A DNA stretch of 24,197 nt. Origin: a virus (lineage: Duplodnaviria > Caudoviricetes). The first letter of the stretch is position 1. Each line of letters begins with the position of its first letter. Positions 5,389 to 15,317 of this stretch are shown one piece after another. A model generated the notes under the pieces. It was not told where the DNA came from. It worked only from the letters and a program-made list of their open reading frames with translations, and made no database searches. The stretch is taken from the IMG/VR virus record IMGVR_UViG_3300044216_003480, positions 1-24,197 of that record; one strand, given 5' to 3'. A program made the position numbers and the translations under genes.

Positions 5389-6268
5389 GCTGCCAGAAGA
5401 ACTTATACGTTTTGACCATCAACCTTTGGGAGAGGCACTATACTTTCCGCACATAACAAACAATGAGTACCATGATAGTCCAGGTGTATCATCATCAGTT
5501 ATAAGAAACTTTATGGACTCACAACTTCATGCCTTAGAAGAGGAAGTGTTACAGACTTCTGCTTTGAAGTTTGGTTCTGCAGCACACTCATTAATTGTAG
5601 AGGGTGAGTCAGCTTTCAATAACGATGTAGCCTGTATTGTTGGCTCACCTTATACACAATATAACAAAGACTTAAAAGCAGACTATGAGTCAAGAGGATT
5701 AACTGTAATAACACAAAAAGAAAAAGATACCATCTTTGCCATGAAAGAAAACTTGTTGGGCGAGGCAAAAATATTATTACATCCTGCTGATTTTGAATTT
5801 CCTGAAATTTTTACATACCCATATGAAAGAGCAATTTATTGGTGGGAAGATGATATTTTATTAAAAGTAAAAGCTGACGTTGTTAGATGTCCAACAGAAC
5901 CAGGATTCGATAAAGATACTATTATTATAGTTGATTACAAAACAACACAAAGTTGTGAGCCAAATGCTTTCGCATCTTCTATAAAAAAGTATAAGTATGA
6001 TTTACAAGCAGCGTGGTACAAAAGAGGATTTGAAAAAGCAGGATTCAAAGTAGCGGGTTTCTACTTTGTTGCACAAGAAAAAAAATATCCTTACGCATGT
6101 AAAATTTTTAAAATGAAAGCTTCTGATATGGAAGAGAAGTGGCAAGTTCTAGAACAATATTTAGGTGAATATAAAGAGGTGTTAAACGGCAAACAACCGT
6201 CTGTTTATAACACACCTGATATTGTAGAAGTTGATTTAAAAGGAGAAGAAAGTGATGAAAAAACGTAA
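5378..6268 (+). CDS. RecE/exonuclease VIII-like PD-(D/E)XK exonuclease (DUF3799-like)
   Basis: Motifs YHDSPGVSSS, FGSAAHSLIVE, KVKADVV, IVDYKTT, YDLQAAWY, FYFVAQEK. Confidence 0.85.
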   Translation: MKNELPEELIRFDHQPLGEALYFPHITNNEYHDSPGVSSSVIRNFMDSQLHALEEEVLQTSALKFGSAAHSLIVEGESAFNNDVACIVGSPYTQYNKDLKADYESRGLTVITQKEKDTIFAMKENLLGEAKILLHPADFEFPEIFTYPYERAIYWWEDDILLKVKADVVRCPTEPGFDKDTIIIVDYKTTQSCEPNAFASSIKKYKYDLQAAWYKRGFEKAGFKVAGFYFVAQEKKYPYACKIFKMKASDMEEKWQVLEQYLGEYKEVLNGKQPSVYNTPDIVEVDLKGEESDEKT

Positions 6269-6563
6269 AAATATAGACAGCATAAGCCCAAAAGAGTGGG
6301 ACGAAGCTAGTAAGACTTTTGTAAAAAATGGCAAAACAGAGGATTTTGACCCTGTGAACAGACCACCACATTATAATCAAGGCACTATGGAAGCTATTGA
6401 TTATATCAAACAACAGTTAGGGCCAATCGGTTATCGTGCTTACTGTGAGGGTACCGCTATTAAATATTTACATAGATATAAGTACAAGCAACAAAATATA
6501 CAAGACCTTGAAAAATGTATATGGTATTTAAATAGGTTAAAAAATGAACTACAGGATATGTAA
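6252..6563 (+). CDS. DUF3310 family protein (T7 gp1.7 nucleotide kinase-like)
   Basis: DPVNRPPHY...EAIDYI...KYLHRYKYK...QDLEKCIWYL signature. Confidence 0.85.
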   Translation: MMKKRKNIDSISPKEWDEASKTFVKNGKTEDFDPVNRPPHYNQGTMEAIDYIKQQLGPIGYRAYCEGTAIKYLHRYKYKQQNIQDLEKCIWYLNRLKNELQDM

Positions 6564-6565
6564 AA

Positions 6566-6667
6566 TTGGTTGAAACTATTTTTGATGGTTTGCTGATTAG
6601 TCTTTTAATATTATCTTTGTTAGCTATAGCTTGGTTGATATTTATTGCTTGGTGGTTTGATGAATAA
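6566..6667 (+). CDS. Putative single-TM micro-protein (33 aa, TTG start)
   Basis: Hand translation MVETIFDGLLISLLILSLLAIAWLIFIAWWFDE*; starts 2 nt after the DUF3310 stop. Confidence 0.45.
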   Translation: MVETIFDGLLISLLILSLLAIAWLIFIAWWFDE

Positions 6668-6797
6668 AAATATTAAGTTCACAAACAAAAAAGTAATAGA
6701 GTGGCTTGTTGTCTTCACATTAATTTCTACTATTTTATTTATTAAGTATTTTAAATTTGGTTGCTTATTAATTTGTGGTGATTGGTATGATGAATAA
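6660..6797 (+). CDS. Putative membrane micro-protein (45 aa)
   Basis: Hand translation MNKNIKFTNKKVIEWLVVFTLISTILFIKYFKFGCLLICGDWYDE*; overlaps the previous ORF. Confidence 0.45.
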   Translation: MNKNIKFTNKKVIEWLVVFTLISTILFIKYFKFGCLLICGDWYDE

Positions 6798-6820
6798 AAA
6801 AGGGGAGTTTACACTCCCCT
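6796..6820 (-). terminator. Rho-independent terminator
   Basis: Minus strand AGGGGAGT-GTAA-ACTCCCCT followed by a T-run. Confidence 0.7.
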
Positions 6821-6896
6821 AACCATTCGGGAGAGAACTTATGAATGATATTTTTAGATAATAAGCTAAATATCTAATATTGTCTATTTTTTATAC

Positions 6897-6932
6897 AAAA
6901 AAAAAGAGCCGAATGTTACCACTCAGCTCTTT
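6897..6932 (-). terminator. Rho-independent terminator after the SSB-like gene
   Basis: Minus strand GAGCTGAGTG-GTAA-CATTCGGCTC then T9; the G-U pairs fit only the minus strand. Confidence 0.8.
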
Positions 6933-6947
6933 ATATAAACGCCCTTA

Positions 6948-7442
6948 CTATAAAGTAGGTGCTCTTTTTGGTGCACTTGCCTCTGTTGTGGCAGCCTTTG
7001 GGGCTTGGGCAGAGTTAGCAGCACTAACTACAGGCATATAAGCCTTTATATTAGTTTTTGTAACTGTGACCATTTCACCTTCATCATTTTGAAAAGAGTC
7101 TTCAAAATTACCAACTTTCAAGCGTACAGCTTTTCCCTGTAAATCAGCAACCGCTTCTGGAAACTGTTTAAAACCTGCAGCTTTACACAACTGAGTAAAT
7201 ATTTCATTTGATATTTGTTTAGCGTCAGGGTTAGCAGACCACAAACTATAATACTCGTTATGGTTCCTAAAAGTTCCGTTTGCTAAATCAAACACTACAT
7301 GAACGGTCCAATTACCTTTAGCAGATTTATATTTCTCTGCTACGATAATCTTCGCATCATAAATTGCAGGTGGTGCAACATCTTTTGTTACCTCACCATC
7401 ACCTGTGGTCTCTCTCCACTCGACATCATTAAAATCACTCAT
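6948..7442 (-). CDS. Probable ssDNA-binding protein (DUF669-like)
   Basis: PPAIYDAKI...SAKGNW...FTQLCKAAG...LQGKAVRLKV pattern, low-complexity tail, ATGA-coupled to the Sak4-like gene. Confidence 0.7.
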   Translation of the reverse strand: MSDFNDVEWRETTGDGEVTKDVAPPAIYDAKIIVAEKYKSAKGNWTVHVVFDLANGTFRNHNEYYSLWSANPDAKQISNEIFTQLCKAAGFKQFPEAVADLQGKAVRLKVGNFEDSFQNDEGEMVTVTKTNIKAYMPVVSAANSAQAPKAATTEASAPKRAPTL

Positions 7443-8161
7443 TTCTCCTCCTTACCTACTGGTTGTTGAGTGTTAAAACCTAGCTTATTAATTACGCTAG
7501 TTAAACAAGGTTCTTCAAAAGAGTTCAGTTTTCCTGACCTATCTTTTGCTGTATACCCTTGACCAATTTCTGTTTGCAACCATCTATTTTTTACAATAGT
7601 GCCTTCGTCATCTTGCTCTTCAATAACTCTAAGAGCTAACACCTCATCAAAAAAATATGTGATAGATTGTCCTAATTTAGTGCCAACCATTTTTGGTTCG
7701 TACTGCATAATATTATCAACATTTTGCTTTTCCATTTTTGATACAAATACGACGTGCATATGTAAATCTCTGAAAGCACGCATGACATTAGTAACAGACT
7801 CTTGCACATTACCATATGCCATTCTTGGGTCTTTGTGTTTTGCTTTTTCATAATTAAGTAAAATCTCAGACATTTCAGAAATAGAATCAAGACAAACAGT
7901 ATCGTAGTTAAGCTCGCCACTTTTTAAGGCGTCATGTATTTCCATGATTTCTTGTGCTTCTTTAACTTCGATAGCATCAACATTTTGACGGTCTCGTATA
8001 GAAAGCAAACCACTCTCCATACTAATCATCAAAACTTTACCAGGTGCAGTAGCACAAGCAGTAGTTTTACCTGAACCAGCAGCACCATATATAAGAATTT
8101 TTGCACCTTGATTTTCTACTAACGCAGAGGGTGCAACGATACGACTTTGCAAATTACTCAT
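7439..8161 (-). CDS. Sak4-like AAA ATPase / recombinase (AAA_24)
   Basis: Walker A GAAGSGKT, Walker B VCLDSISE, C-terminal AKDRSG motif. Confidence 0.85.
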   Translation of the reverse strand: MSNLQSRIVAPSALVENQGAKILIYGAAGSGKTTACATAPGKVLMISMESGLLSIRDRQNVDAIEVKEAQEIMEIHDALKSGELNYDTVCLDSISEMSEILLNYEKAKHKDPRMAYGNVQESVTNVMRAFRDLHMHVVFVSKMEKQNVDNIMQYEPKMVGTKLGQSITYFFDEVLALRVIEEQDDEGTIVKNRWLQTEIGQGYTAKDRSGKLNSFEEPCLTSVINKLGFNTQQPVGKEEK

Positions 8162-8180
8162 AAAGTTTTCTCCATAGTTA

Positions 8181-8216
8181 TTGAAAAATTATAAAACATG
8201 AATTACTATTTGTAAA
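8181..8216. promoter_or_regulatory. Overlapping divergent sigma70-like promoters
   Basis: Plus: TTGAAA (8181-8186), N17, TACTAT (8204-8209). Minus: TTTACA (8216-8211), N17, TATAAT (8193-8188). Confidence 0.6.
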
Positions 8217-8233
8217 TAATTAAGGAGAACCTT

Positions 8234-8596
8234 ATGGAGAAAAAAGCAGATTTAGTTTGGTTAGCAAACTATTACTACCGAAACAAAATACTTTCAACCA
8301 GTATTTTAAGCAAACTACAGATTTTGAATGTAGAACCTGAAGTTAAACAAAGTGCCTCAGAAATGAAGCATTATACTTTAAAAGAGTATATTGAGTTTAT
8401 TGGAATGAAAGAGGCTGCGGAAGAGTTTAACTGTTCATCAGCATCTGTCAAAGCTTGGCGTTATGGCTATAGACAACCGTCTATTGCACAAGCGAAACGT
8501 ATCATCAAAGCTACAGAAGGCAAGTTAGATTTTGAGTCCATTTACGGCAACCTATCTAAATTAGTGGCTGATAGTGTTCAATCTGACCTTAACTGA
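8234..8596 (+). CDS. Cro-like helix-turn-helix regulator
   Basis: AAGGAG SD; TLKEYI...KEAAEEFNCSSASVKAWRYGYRQPS...IIKATEGKL HTH pattern. Confidence 0.8.
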   Translation: MEKKADLVWLANYYYRNKILSTSILSKLQILNVEPEVKQSASEMKHYTLKEYIEFIGMKEAAEEFNCSSASVKAWRYGYRQPSIAQAKRIIKATEGKLDFESIYGNLSKLVADSVQSDLN

Positions 8597-10694
8597 TAAC
8601 GAAACTTCATTAGATTTAGCTACTACATATTACGATGAGGGCTTTTCTGTTGTTCCTTTGTTGCGACAAAGTAAAAAACCACCTGCCTTTTTGGGGGGAT
8701 GGCATCAATACAAAACAGAAAGACCACCAAGAACAGAAGTAGAAAAATGGTTTAAAAACCGTGACGATTTAGTAGTAGCACTAATTTGTGGAGAGTTTCT
8801 GGTTGTCGATGCAGACACGCCAGAGGCTATGTCTTGGGTAGAAAATAATTTACCTACATCACCATATCGGGTGATTACTGGTAAAGGTATGCACTATTAT
8901 TATAACAACCCACAAAATTACACTACTTTTGCAACTAAAAGATTAAATGAAACACCTTTAGAAAGACATATTGATATTCGTGGAGAGGGTGGTTTAATTA
9001 TCGCACCATACAATAAACATGCTAATGGGACTCTTTACAGGCCTAATTTAATTCCTGAATGGGATTTACATGATATTAGTGACTTGCCTGATTTTACTGA
9101 AAAAGAATGGATAAAAATTACAGGAAATGGCAGAGCAAATACAACACAAGTTACAGCACCTATCTCATTAGAGGGTGTGCATGAGGGGTCAAGAAATGAC
9201 CAAGCTGCAAGATTAGCAGGTTACTTAATATCTAAAAATATTAATATTGATTTTTGTAAATTTTTTTTACAATCTTGGAATAATCAAAATAACCCACCTC
9301 TTTCAAACCAAGAAGTATTATCAGTAGTAGAAAATGTAAAAAAAACACACGATAGAAAAAACCAAAAAGCACCTTTATTTGTCAACTCAACAGAAAAAAT
9401 AGACCCACCAAAAGATTTATTTAACCCACCAGGAATACTTAAGGATATGTATAAATTTTGTGAAGAGATAGCAAAAGTTAGTCAACCAGAACTGTCTATT
9501 TTAGCAGCACTATCATTAGTATCAGTCTCTTGTGGCCGTATTTTCAGAACTAATATGAATAATTTTTCATCACTATATTTTATGGGTATAGCAAAATCAG
9601 GACAGGGCAAAGAAAATATTAAAACTTTTGTTGAGTCTGTGCTTAATTTATCTGACCACAATGAATTAGTAGTTGGTGATGGTTATACGAGTTCTGGAGC
9701 TGTGCACTCTATACTAAAATACAGGCCCACGCAAATTACTATTATGGATGAATTTGGCAAGAGATTAGAAAACATAAGTGCACAAAGCAACACTAACAAA
9801 GAAGATGGCATACAAACTTTAATGGAAGCTTGGGGCAGATGCCACGGTACACTTCGTCCTGACAATTATTCTTTAATGAACGTGCCAGAACAATTTAAAG
9901 AGCAAGCTATGAACAGAGTTACACATAAACCTGCAATAACATTAGTCGGTATGTCTGTGCCACAAAATTTCTATAAAGCACTAAACTCAGGCAGGATAGC
10001 TGATGGTTTTTTGAACAGGTTTATAATTGTTGAATCTAAAGAACCTAGAAAAATACAACAGTTAAAAAAATATATAAAACCGTCTTTTAACATAATTAAT
10101 TGGGTAAATCATGTTAGAAGACCACAAACTGAGTTTGGTACATCAGGTCAAAATAATAGTGAGTTAGACATATCACAAAAAGTTCTTAACTTTTCAAAAG
10201 AGTCAGAAACACTTTTAGAAAGCTTTGCAGAAGAAATTGTTAAAAGACAAAACACATTAGAAAAGGATAATCTAGAACCTTTATTATCTAGAACAAGAGA
10301 AAAAGCTATGCGTTTAGCCCTTTGTTGTGCACTAGCAGAAAACGCAACGGCTAAAGAAATAAATTCAGACGTAACAAAATGGGCTATAGATTATGTTAGA
10401 TATTATGATTTACTTTTTATAGAGGCGTGCAAAGACAAAGTTGCATCTTCTGCAACAGAATCCAAAATTAAAAATGTTTTATCTTTTATTAGGTCAAGAG
10501 GAGGTGAGGGTATTAGTAAAAGAGAAGTAGATAGACATGAATTATTTAGGTCAATGAAATCATACGAGGTCAAAGAAATTATTGAACGATTGAAAAATGC
10601 AGGTGAGATACAAGAGATTGACATAAGAGTTGGAGGTAAAGGCAGACCAACAAAAAGATTTGTTGCTGTAGACCCAAATTATTATGAAGATTAA
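8574..10694 (+). CDS. Bifunctional primase-polymerase with PriCT and DUF3987-like helicase domain
   Basis: Prim-pol motifs VVDAD, TGKGMHYYY, IDIRGEGGLIIAP; PriCT EGSRND; P-loop IAKSGQGKE, MDEFG, DGFLNRF. Confidence 0.85.
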   Translation: MFNLTLTDNETSLDLATTYYDEGFSVVPLLRQSKKPPAFLGGWHQYKTERPPRTEVEKWFKNRDDLVVALICGEFLVVDADTPEAMSWVENNLPTSPYRVITGKGMHYYYNNPQNYTTFATKRLNETPLERHIDIRGEGGLIIAPYNKHANGTLYRPNLIPEWDLHDISDLPDFTEKEWIKITGNGRANTTQVTAPISLEGVHEGSRNDQAARLAGYLISKNINIDFCKFFLQSWNNQNNPPLSNQEVLSVVENVKKTHDRKNQKAPLFVNSTEKIDPPKDLFNPPGILKDMYKFCEEIAKVSQPELSILAALSLVSVSCGRIFRTNMNNFSSLYFMGIAKSGQGKENIKTFVESVLNLSDHNELVVGDGYTSSGAVHSILKYRPTQITIMDEFGKRLENISAQSNTNKEDGIQTLMEAWGRCHGTLRPDNYSLMNVPEQFKEQAMNRVTHKPAITLVGMSVPQNFYKALNSGRIADGFLNRFIIVESKEPRKIQQLKKYIKPSFNIINWVNHVRRPQTEFGTSGQNNSELDISQKVLNFSKESETLLESFAEEIVKRQNTLEKDNLEPLLSRTREKAMRLALCCALAENATAKEINSDVTKWAIDYVRYYDLLFIEACKDKVASSATESKIKNVLSFIRSRGGEGISKREVDRHELFRSMKSYEVKEIIERLKNAGEIQEIDIRVGGKGRPTKRFVAVDPNYYED

Positions 10695-10926
10695 TCCAAG
10701 GGCTATGAAAGAAGCGATTATAGACACAACAATAGGGTTGCCTATAAATTGGTTTTTTGCATACATAACTATAGTTGTGTTAATGTTATTTGAGATAAAT
10801 AGTGCTTTTGTTATATCTATTGTTCAAGTTGTAGTGCTTACAATATTGGCAATTATTAGAAAATATTTGGTACGAATTTATTTTAAGCAAGGAGACGCTT
10901 ATGAAAACACCAAGTCTAGAGACTAA
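10684..10926 (+). CDS. Small two-TM membrane protein
   Basis: Two hydrophobic segments and a basic C-terminal IIRKYLVR; overlaps both neighbours. Confidence 0.65.
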   Translation: MKINPRAMKEAIIDTTIGLPINWFFAYITIVVLMLFEINSAFVISIVQVVVLTILAIIRKYLVRIYFKQGDAYENTKSRD

Positions 10927-11362
10927 GGATGACCAGAAGAGAGAGGAACGTGTTGCAGGATATTTGGAGGGAGCGTGGAATGTTACTTGTCATAAATTAC
11001 CAACTTCATACAGTTTAGATTATTGGATAGAATCTAAGGATGCGTGTTTTTGGTGTGAGGTAAAATGCAGAACTTTCGCAAGTGATAAATATGATACCTT
11101 TATTTTATCTGTAGCAAAATTACGCAAGGGTGCAAGTTTTACCAGGTCAACAGGAGTACCATTTATTATTGTGTATGCTATGACAGATGGCTTGTTTTAT
11201 CACAAATGGAACGATAAACACACATACGATATAAGAATGAATTTAAAACCAGAACCAAAATATGAAGAGGATAATGAGCCATACGTTCACATACCAAGAG
11301 ATATGGTAGAATGTATTACAGATAAACCTCTGGGTATGGATAGAAACGAGATAGGTTTTTAA
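10901..11362 (+). CDS. Putative PD-(D/E)XK nuclease
   Basis: AAGGAG SD; LDYW...WCEVKCR catalytic-like spacing. Confidence 0.6.
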   Translation: MKTPSLETKDDQKREERVAGYLEGAWNVTCHKLPTSYSLDYWIESKDACFWCEVKCRTFASDKYDTFILSVAKLRKGASFTRSTGVPFIIVYAMTDGLFYHKWNDKHTYDIRMNLKPEPKYEEDNEPYVHIPRDMVECITDKPLGMDRNEIGF

Positions 11363-11766
11363 TGAGTAGAATTACAGAATCAGTAATCGGCGTAGCAGAT
11401 AAAGTTTTAAGTAAATTTGTAACTGATAAAAATTTAAAATTACAGCTAGAGCACGAACTTAAAACAGAATTACACAAAGCTAATCTAGCACAAATTGAAG
11501 TCAACAAAGAGCAAGCAAAACATTCATCAATATTTGTTTCTGGAGCAAGACCTGCAATAATGTGGGTTGCTTGTTTTGGGTTGTTGTGGTCTTACTTCTT
11601 AGCCCCTATCTTAAACTGGATAATTATTGTTAGTGGTAGTCAGGTGCCACTCCCAGAGATACAAACCGAAGGATTATTAACTTTAACTCTATCTCTTTTG
11701 GGATTAGGCGGAATGAGAACCTATGAAAAAATGAAAGGGGTAGCAAGAAGTAGTATGAACGAATAA
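11362..11766 (+). CDS. Holin of 3TMs (GTA holin-like)
   Basis: NLAQIEVNKEQAKH-SIFVSGARPAIMWV and LLGLGGMRTYEK signature. Confidence 0.8.
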   Translation: MSRITESVIGVADKVLSKFVTDKNLKLQLEHELKTELHKANLAQIEVNKEQAKHSSIFVSGARPAIMWVACFGLLWSYFLAPILNWIIIVSGSQVPLPEIQTEGLLTLTLSLLGLGGMRTYEKMKGVARSSMNE

Positions 11767-11768
11767 AT

Positions 11769-11829
11769 TAAGAGGGTGGTAGCTAATTCATGTTCCATAT
11801 GCCATTTTTAGTAAGTTGCCACCTTCTTA
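11769..11829 (+). terminator. Long hairpin at the convergence of the two transcription units
   Basis: TAAGAGGGTGGTAGCT pairs with AGTTGCCACCTTCTTA: 16 bp with three G-U pairs on the + strand, 29-nt loop, weak U-tract. Confidence 0.45.
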
Positions 11830-11894
11830 TTTGCTCTGTATTGAATTTTGTTTGATTTTTTTGACCTTACCTACAGGGGTGAATATATTTTTGG

Positions 11895-14800
11895 TTATAT
11901 GATGCCTCTATCGCCCAGCAGTATATCTGACTCTATTTGTGGTGTTCTGAGCTGTCCCTCTAAGTTACTTAGGTCTGATACGGGTAATATTTCAGGCATT
12001 TCTATTTGAAGTTGACTTACATCTCTTTGAGGTGTTCTAAATTCATCAAATTCTTTTAATAACTCTTGTCCTTTTAGCCTAGATTCTCTAATTACTTCAT
12101 CATCCAGGGTGGTCTTTTCAAATGCGTCACCAAGTAGTTGTTCTGCACTTTCTTGTAAAGAAGCATATGTGCCAGCTACTGTTCTTGTAAACCCTTGCAA
12201 TATAACTTGGTTTAATATATCTATAGTTTGTAAAATTGCACCTTTTTCATTACTTGCAATCATCTTAATATAACTTGGGCTTGAAAATAATTTTCTTACA
12301 GCAGCAAGGCCTACTAATGTTCCCCATGTTGCTGGATTGTAAGCATTTAAAGCAATATATGCTGCAGCTAAGGTACCTGCCGCAGCCCCTCTTCCTACTT
12401 CTCCTGCACCCATAACCTCTATAGCTTTTTCATAATCTCTTAATGCTCTTCTTGTTTGAGGTCCAAACATAGCGTCTAATGTTTCATCTCCATACGAATC
12501 TAAAATACCTTTGAATTTTTTATGATTAAATATCTGTGGTATTTCTGCAGATTTACTTAAAGCATCAACATCGACCGCTCTATTGAATAATCTGTTCATA
12601 GCTTTGGTTTGTATTACAGTAAACTGTTCAGGCGTAAGTGTTTCTTTTAGCAGTTGTATATTTTCAGCACCTTGCGGTGTAAACATTTTAGTAACAATCT
12701 CATCTGTAGTTGCATCTGGTAGTTTTCTTATTAATGCGTTAGAGGCAAACTTAGATGCCTCATCGCTAGCTGCAGCTAATTCATTCAAAGCAGCTATAAA
12801 GTTTTTGTCTAGGAAAGAGTCACTACCTTTATCTATAACATTTATTTTGTTAAATTTGGATATTTCGTCAAATAAAACACTTGGGTTTATGTTTGGTTTA
12901 AGTTTATTTAATTGTTGTAAAGTTTGTTTAAGTGCAGCTGTATTCTTACCAAATATTGTTTCTGCTTTTGTTAAGTCGCTATCAATAAATTTTAAAAGTT
13001 CATTTGAAAATTTACTAAAATCTATCGGCTCACCAGGGGCAGTTAAAGATTTTACATATGCGTCATTAAATAATTTTTGTTTGACAATAGTTCGTAATTC
13101 GGTAGCTCTTGTTGCAACACCACCTGTATCACCAATTAAGTCATCATAATTTTGTAAAGCTCGAAAAAATTTTTCTGTGTCAGAACCGCTGCCTCTTCTT
13201 ATTAAATTATTAAATACTTCATTAAGTTCATAAGCACCAAATTGTGCCTGATAAGTAATTTTTCTTACTGCATCACTATCTAATGGCTCCAATAACATTT
13301 GTGCGTTTTTATTTGCTTTTCTCATATCTTCAATAACTTTTTTTGCTAATTGTTTATCTTGTGGGCTTATTCTTTTGCCTACATCTTTTATTGCTTTTAA
13401 CGCACTTTTTTCTAAATTAACTTTAAACATTTTTGCACTTACTTCTGCTGGGTTTGCTATAGCATCAAATATTCCGTCATATAATCCTATCAATTCTTGT
13501 GCTAGTTCAGTACCTTGGCCTCTACTAATACCCATGAAAGCATTAAGTTGTGCTTTTACTGTACCGATAGTGTTTCTTAAGTTTACTAAACTAAAACCTT
13601 TTACAAATGTATCATCTGACATAGCTTTCAACTCCTCGGGTATGAACTCATCTGGGATATTCTTTTTAAGTGCCTCTGCCGTTGGAAACTTTCTTCCTAT
13701 TGAGGCAGCAGCAGCAACTTCTTCATCTGTTGCTCGCACAGCAAATTGTGCTTGTCTAAGCAACCTTTCATTTAAAACGTTAAAAAATTCTACAGGAGCG
13801 TCTTTTAATGTTGGTTCTATTTGTAGTAACTGTTCTTTAGATATACCTGAAAATAATTCATTATCAACTTTAGCATTTACAATTCTGTGTCTTCCTTGCA
13901 GTAATATTTTTTGTGCTATCTCAGATATTTTAGGTAGTAGCTCAGGGTCTTGAAAAGTATAAAGTAGGGCGTCAACATCTCTATATTGTTCACCCATAGC
14001 TTTTTGGCTCGCAGCTCTAGCCGCTACTAAGTCATCAGCAATTAATCTGCCTATCTCTCCCTCTGACATATCGAAATCATATATGCCTGCGTCCATTCTC
14101 TTTTCAAAAGTCTCATCTAATAAGTCGCTAACCCTTTTTGATAACCTTTCAGATGCTGCAGTTTTATCTAGTTTAACCCTATCAATTTTGTCTAATATTT
14201 CAGCTCTCATACTTGGAGTTATACCTGCCTGTTTATAGCTACCAAGTAATTGTTCTATTTCTAAATTTTTAGCGTTTATAACGCCTAACTCTTCGTAGAC
14301 ATTAGACATTTCTTGGAATAAAAATTTCTTAGTTTCTTCTTTTCTTGCGTTACCAAAAACTACTTCTGAAGTAGCTTGTAATCTGCCAGGTATGGCTTTG
14401 TTAAAAGCTGATTGGCTTGGTAATCCTGGGTTATCATTTATTCTAATTTTTACACCAGCTAATCCCTCTTTTGCAGCTTTATCCATTTCTTTTAGTGTTG
14501 GCTCTCTACCAAGTGCACGCCTTAATTTTAAAACATCTAATAAAGAATATTTTTGTGCTGCTGCACCATATAAAAAATTATCGGCAAAAGGTGCTTTTTT
14601 ACCTATAAGATATTGTGCACTTGCACCAAAAACTTCACCTATAGTTTGACCTACTGCCCCTATCAAAAATTCTGTTCCTAATAGTTTAGCTATATCCTCT
14701 GATTGTTGGTTTTGAAAACCCTGTATAGCATCTAACGCTTCTTCTGCACCTTTTCCTGCTGCTGTCCCCAACCCAGCCGCTATAGGTCTAACCACTCTAT

Positions 14801-15317
14801 CACCAAATATTCTTAAATTACTTTTGACTGCAGGTAAAAATCTACCTTGAGGTGAGAGAGCAACAACGGCACCTGCGATTGGCCCAACTATACCTGAAAA
14901 ATCTAAAAAGTCTGCACCACTTATACCAACCTCGTCTACTATTCTGTTCTGCTCTAGAATACTGCCGTCATCTAACTCTACAAAGGAAGGTCTAAGGCCC
15001 ACACGTCTTAGTCCTACTGGAGTAGCAGCTAACTCACCCTTACTGTTAAAAATGAATCCGTCTTCTCCAAAATAGTTTACTGCTATTCTTTCACGTTCCT
15101 CAAAAGTTTCAGCCCTACCTAAATCTGTTCTTAAAAAAAAGTCTTTTATACCTGTGTCGTAATCAAATAAAACATCATCTAAATAAGGTGCCGCAGTTCT
15201 TTTTGCGTTTGCTGCCTCTATGTCTTGATTAACTTTTCTTCTAGCATCTTCTGGGCTATTAGCATCAACTAAAACTGAGTTGCCTGATTTACCAAAAGTT
15301 ACTCTGTATTTGGGCAT
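11895..15317 (-). CDS. Large virion protein, probable ejection/internal core protein (1140 aa)
   Basis: Size, helical Ala/Gly-rich composition, and last position in a coupled series after the gp10-like gene. Function inferred from synteny. Confidence 0.6.
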   Translation of the reverse strand: MPKYRVTFGKSGNSVLVDANSPEDARRKVNQDIEAANAKRTAAPYLDDVLFDYDTGIKDFFLRTDLGRAETFEERERIAVNYFGEDGFIFNSKGELAATPVGLRRVGLRPSFVELDDGSILEQNRIVDEVGISGADFLDFSGIVGPIAGAVVALSPQGRFLPAVKSNLRIFGDRVVRPIAAGLGTAAGKGAEEALDAIQGFQNQQSEDIAKLLGTEFLIGAVGQTIGEVFGASAQYLIGKKAPFADNFLYGAAAQKYSLLDVLKLRRALGREPTLKEMDKAAKEGLAGVKIRINDNPGLPSQSAFNKAIPGRLQATSEVVFGNARKEETKKFLFQEMSNVYEELGVINAKNLEIEQLLGSYKQAGITPSMRAEILDKIDRVKLDKTAASERLSKRVSDLLDETFEKRMDAGIYDFDMSEGEIGRLIADDLVAARAASQKAMGEQYRDVDALLYTFQDPELLPKISEIAQKILLQGRHRIVNAKVDNELFSGISKEQLLQIEPTLKDAPVEFFNVLNERLLRQAQFAVRATDEEVAAAASIGRKFPTAEALKKNIPDEFIPEELKAMSDDTFVKGFSLVNLRNTIGTVKAQLNAFMGISRGQGTELAQELIGLYDGIFDAIANPAEVSAKMFKVNLEKSALKAIKDVGKRISPQDKQLAKKVIEDMRKANKNAQMLLEPLDSDAVRKITYQAQFGAYELNEVFNNLIRRGSGSDTEKFFRALQNYDDLIGDTGGVATRATELRTIVKQKLFNDAYVKSLTAPGEPIDFSKFSNELLKFIDSDLTKAETIFGKNTAALKQTLQQLNKLKPNINPSVLFDEISKFNKINVIDKGSDSFLDKNFIAALNELAAASDEASKFASNALIRKLPDATTDEIVTKMFTPQGAENIQLLKETLTPEQFTVIQTKAMNRLFNRAVDVDALSKSAEIPQIFNHKKFKGILDSYGDETLDAMFGPQTRRALRDYEKAIEVMGAGEVGRGAAAGTLAAAYIALNAYNPATWGTLVGLAAVRKLFSSPSYIKMIASNEKGAILQTIDILNQVILQGFTRTVAGTYASLQESAEQLLGDAFEKTTLDDEVIRESRLKGQELLKEFDEFRTPQRDVSQLQIEMPEILPVSDLSNLEGQLRTPQIESDILLGDRGII

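Noticed and set aside
5378-6268. Cas4 acting as adaptation module for the array
   Set aside because: No four-cysteine Fe-S pattern; the motifs fit a RecE-like exonuclease with Sak4 and SSB nearby.
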